A model generated the notes under the pieces. The model was given only the letters and a program-made list of their open reading frames with translations, was not told where the DNA came from and searched no databases. The position numbers and the translations under genes were made by a program. A stretch of DNA of 52,131 nucleotides, filler included, from Porpidia crustulata (taxonomy: Eukaryota), in assembly GCA_964255105.1 (NCBI GenBank). It is 2 parts of 2 records of this genome, joined end to end, with 100 filler letters (N's around TTAATTAATTAA, not from the genome) between each part and the next. Parts side by side here need not be neighbours in the genome. Positions count along the whole stretch, not along the records: positions 26,150 to 52,131 come from CAXUWE010000042.1; 1 more part is not named here. The stretch is one strand, 5' to 3'. Positions 51,352-52,131 of the stretch are shown here, one piece after another (position 1 is the stretch's first letter; every line of letters begins with the position of its first letter).

Positions 51352-52131
51352 CGAAATCTGATTCACTGGATTACTCGGCAGCATGTGCATCGACATACTT
51401 TTAAAGAAATGTGGAAATGAGAAAATCAAGATCCTACGTTCTCCACGTACCAAGATTTTTGTGTACTTTTACATAACGACCATATAATCATGCACTGCAT
51501 CGCAGGCTACGTGTAGAACCAATAGCGAACAATTGCTCGTTTGATTAAACATCAAGAGTGGTGAGCGCTTGAAAGTTCAAAAAATCATACGTCGAGGTAG
51601 CAACAAATGATAGCGAGGAAACCACTAACTTAGCTTACTTACTCGACTTACGGTTTACATAATGGTATTATGATATCGTTTGTTAGCCAGTGCGTTGTTA
51701 ATCGCCCATACTTTTACTTTTGTGGTGAATACTCTGGAATGCTACTGGAGCTTTTAAAAATTCTCCACAGGTTGTTGTTAGTAAGGAGCTCCAGTGATTA
51801 GCAAAAGTCGTAGCATAGATGGCTTTCCACTCTCGTCGCAATCAGGATAGTGCAGCGAGCAGGGTCTGCAATCGAGTCTTTACGTTAGAGGCAAAAATCC
51901 ATCAAATCGTACATATAGTTCAGATACTACCGAAAGGATAATGCAAAGGCTGATACGCCGATACTTCGAGCCAAGGTAATCGGAGTATCGAAAAGCAAAT
52001 ATATCTGAAAAGTTCGAGTTGAATCAAAAAGGGGCTAATGCAAAAGCCAAGATCGAAACCACCCGAGGTCTGTTAGAGGCCTCCTAACTACCTAGCTATG
52101 GGGGTAAATCAACGAAGAAATAAATGCTAAG

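Noticed and set aside
52062..52090. Imperfect palindrome GTTAGAGGCCTCCTAAC
   Set aside because: Short and single; expected by chance, with no supporting context.

Overview
Eukaryotic DNA from a filamentous ascomycete (Pezizomycotina; inferred from short GT-AG introns with CTRAY branch sites and fungal-type proteins). About 16 intact genes can be spliced by hand: VCX1, a Uds1-domain protein, a Cys-rich/CBM5-12-like small protein, MGE1, MSF1, COQ3, TFA2, MLP1/TPR, a large F-box protein, ABP1, a PEBP, DNM1, a YEA4-like transporter, CDC55, a conserved hypothetical protein, TPC1 and a [33 protein letters not shown] gene. A gene-poor stretch at about 2-11 kb holds two back-to-back pseudogenes. An artificial N44-TTAATTAATTAA-N44 linker at 26050-26149 means the two halves may not be contiguous. 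The most notable observations are a PAM2-like motif with RGG and FG-like motifs in the Mlp1 tail, a CBM5/12-like module fused to a Cys-rich domain next to MGE1, two GC-AG introns, and recurring C-rich to G-rich skew flips. I found no rRNA, tRNA, CRISPR array or intact transposon. All calls come from reading the sequence and recalling protein families; no searches were run.
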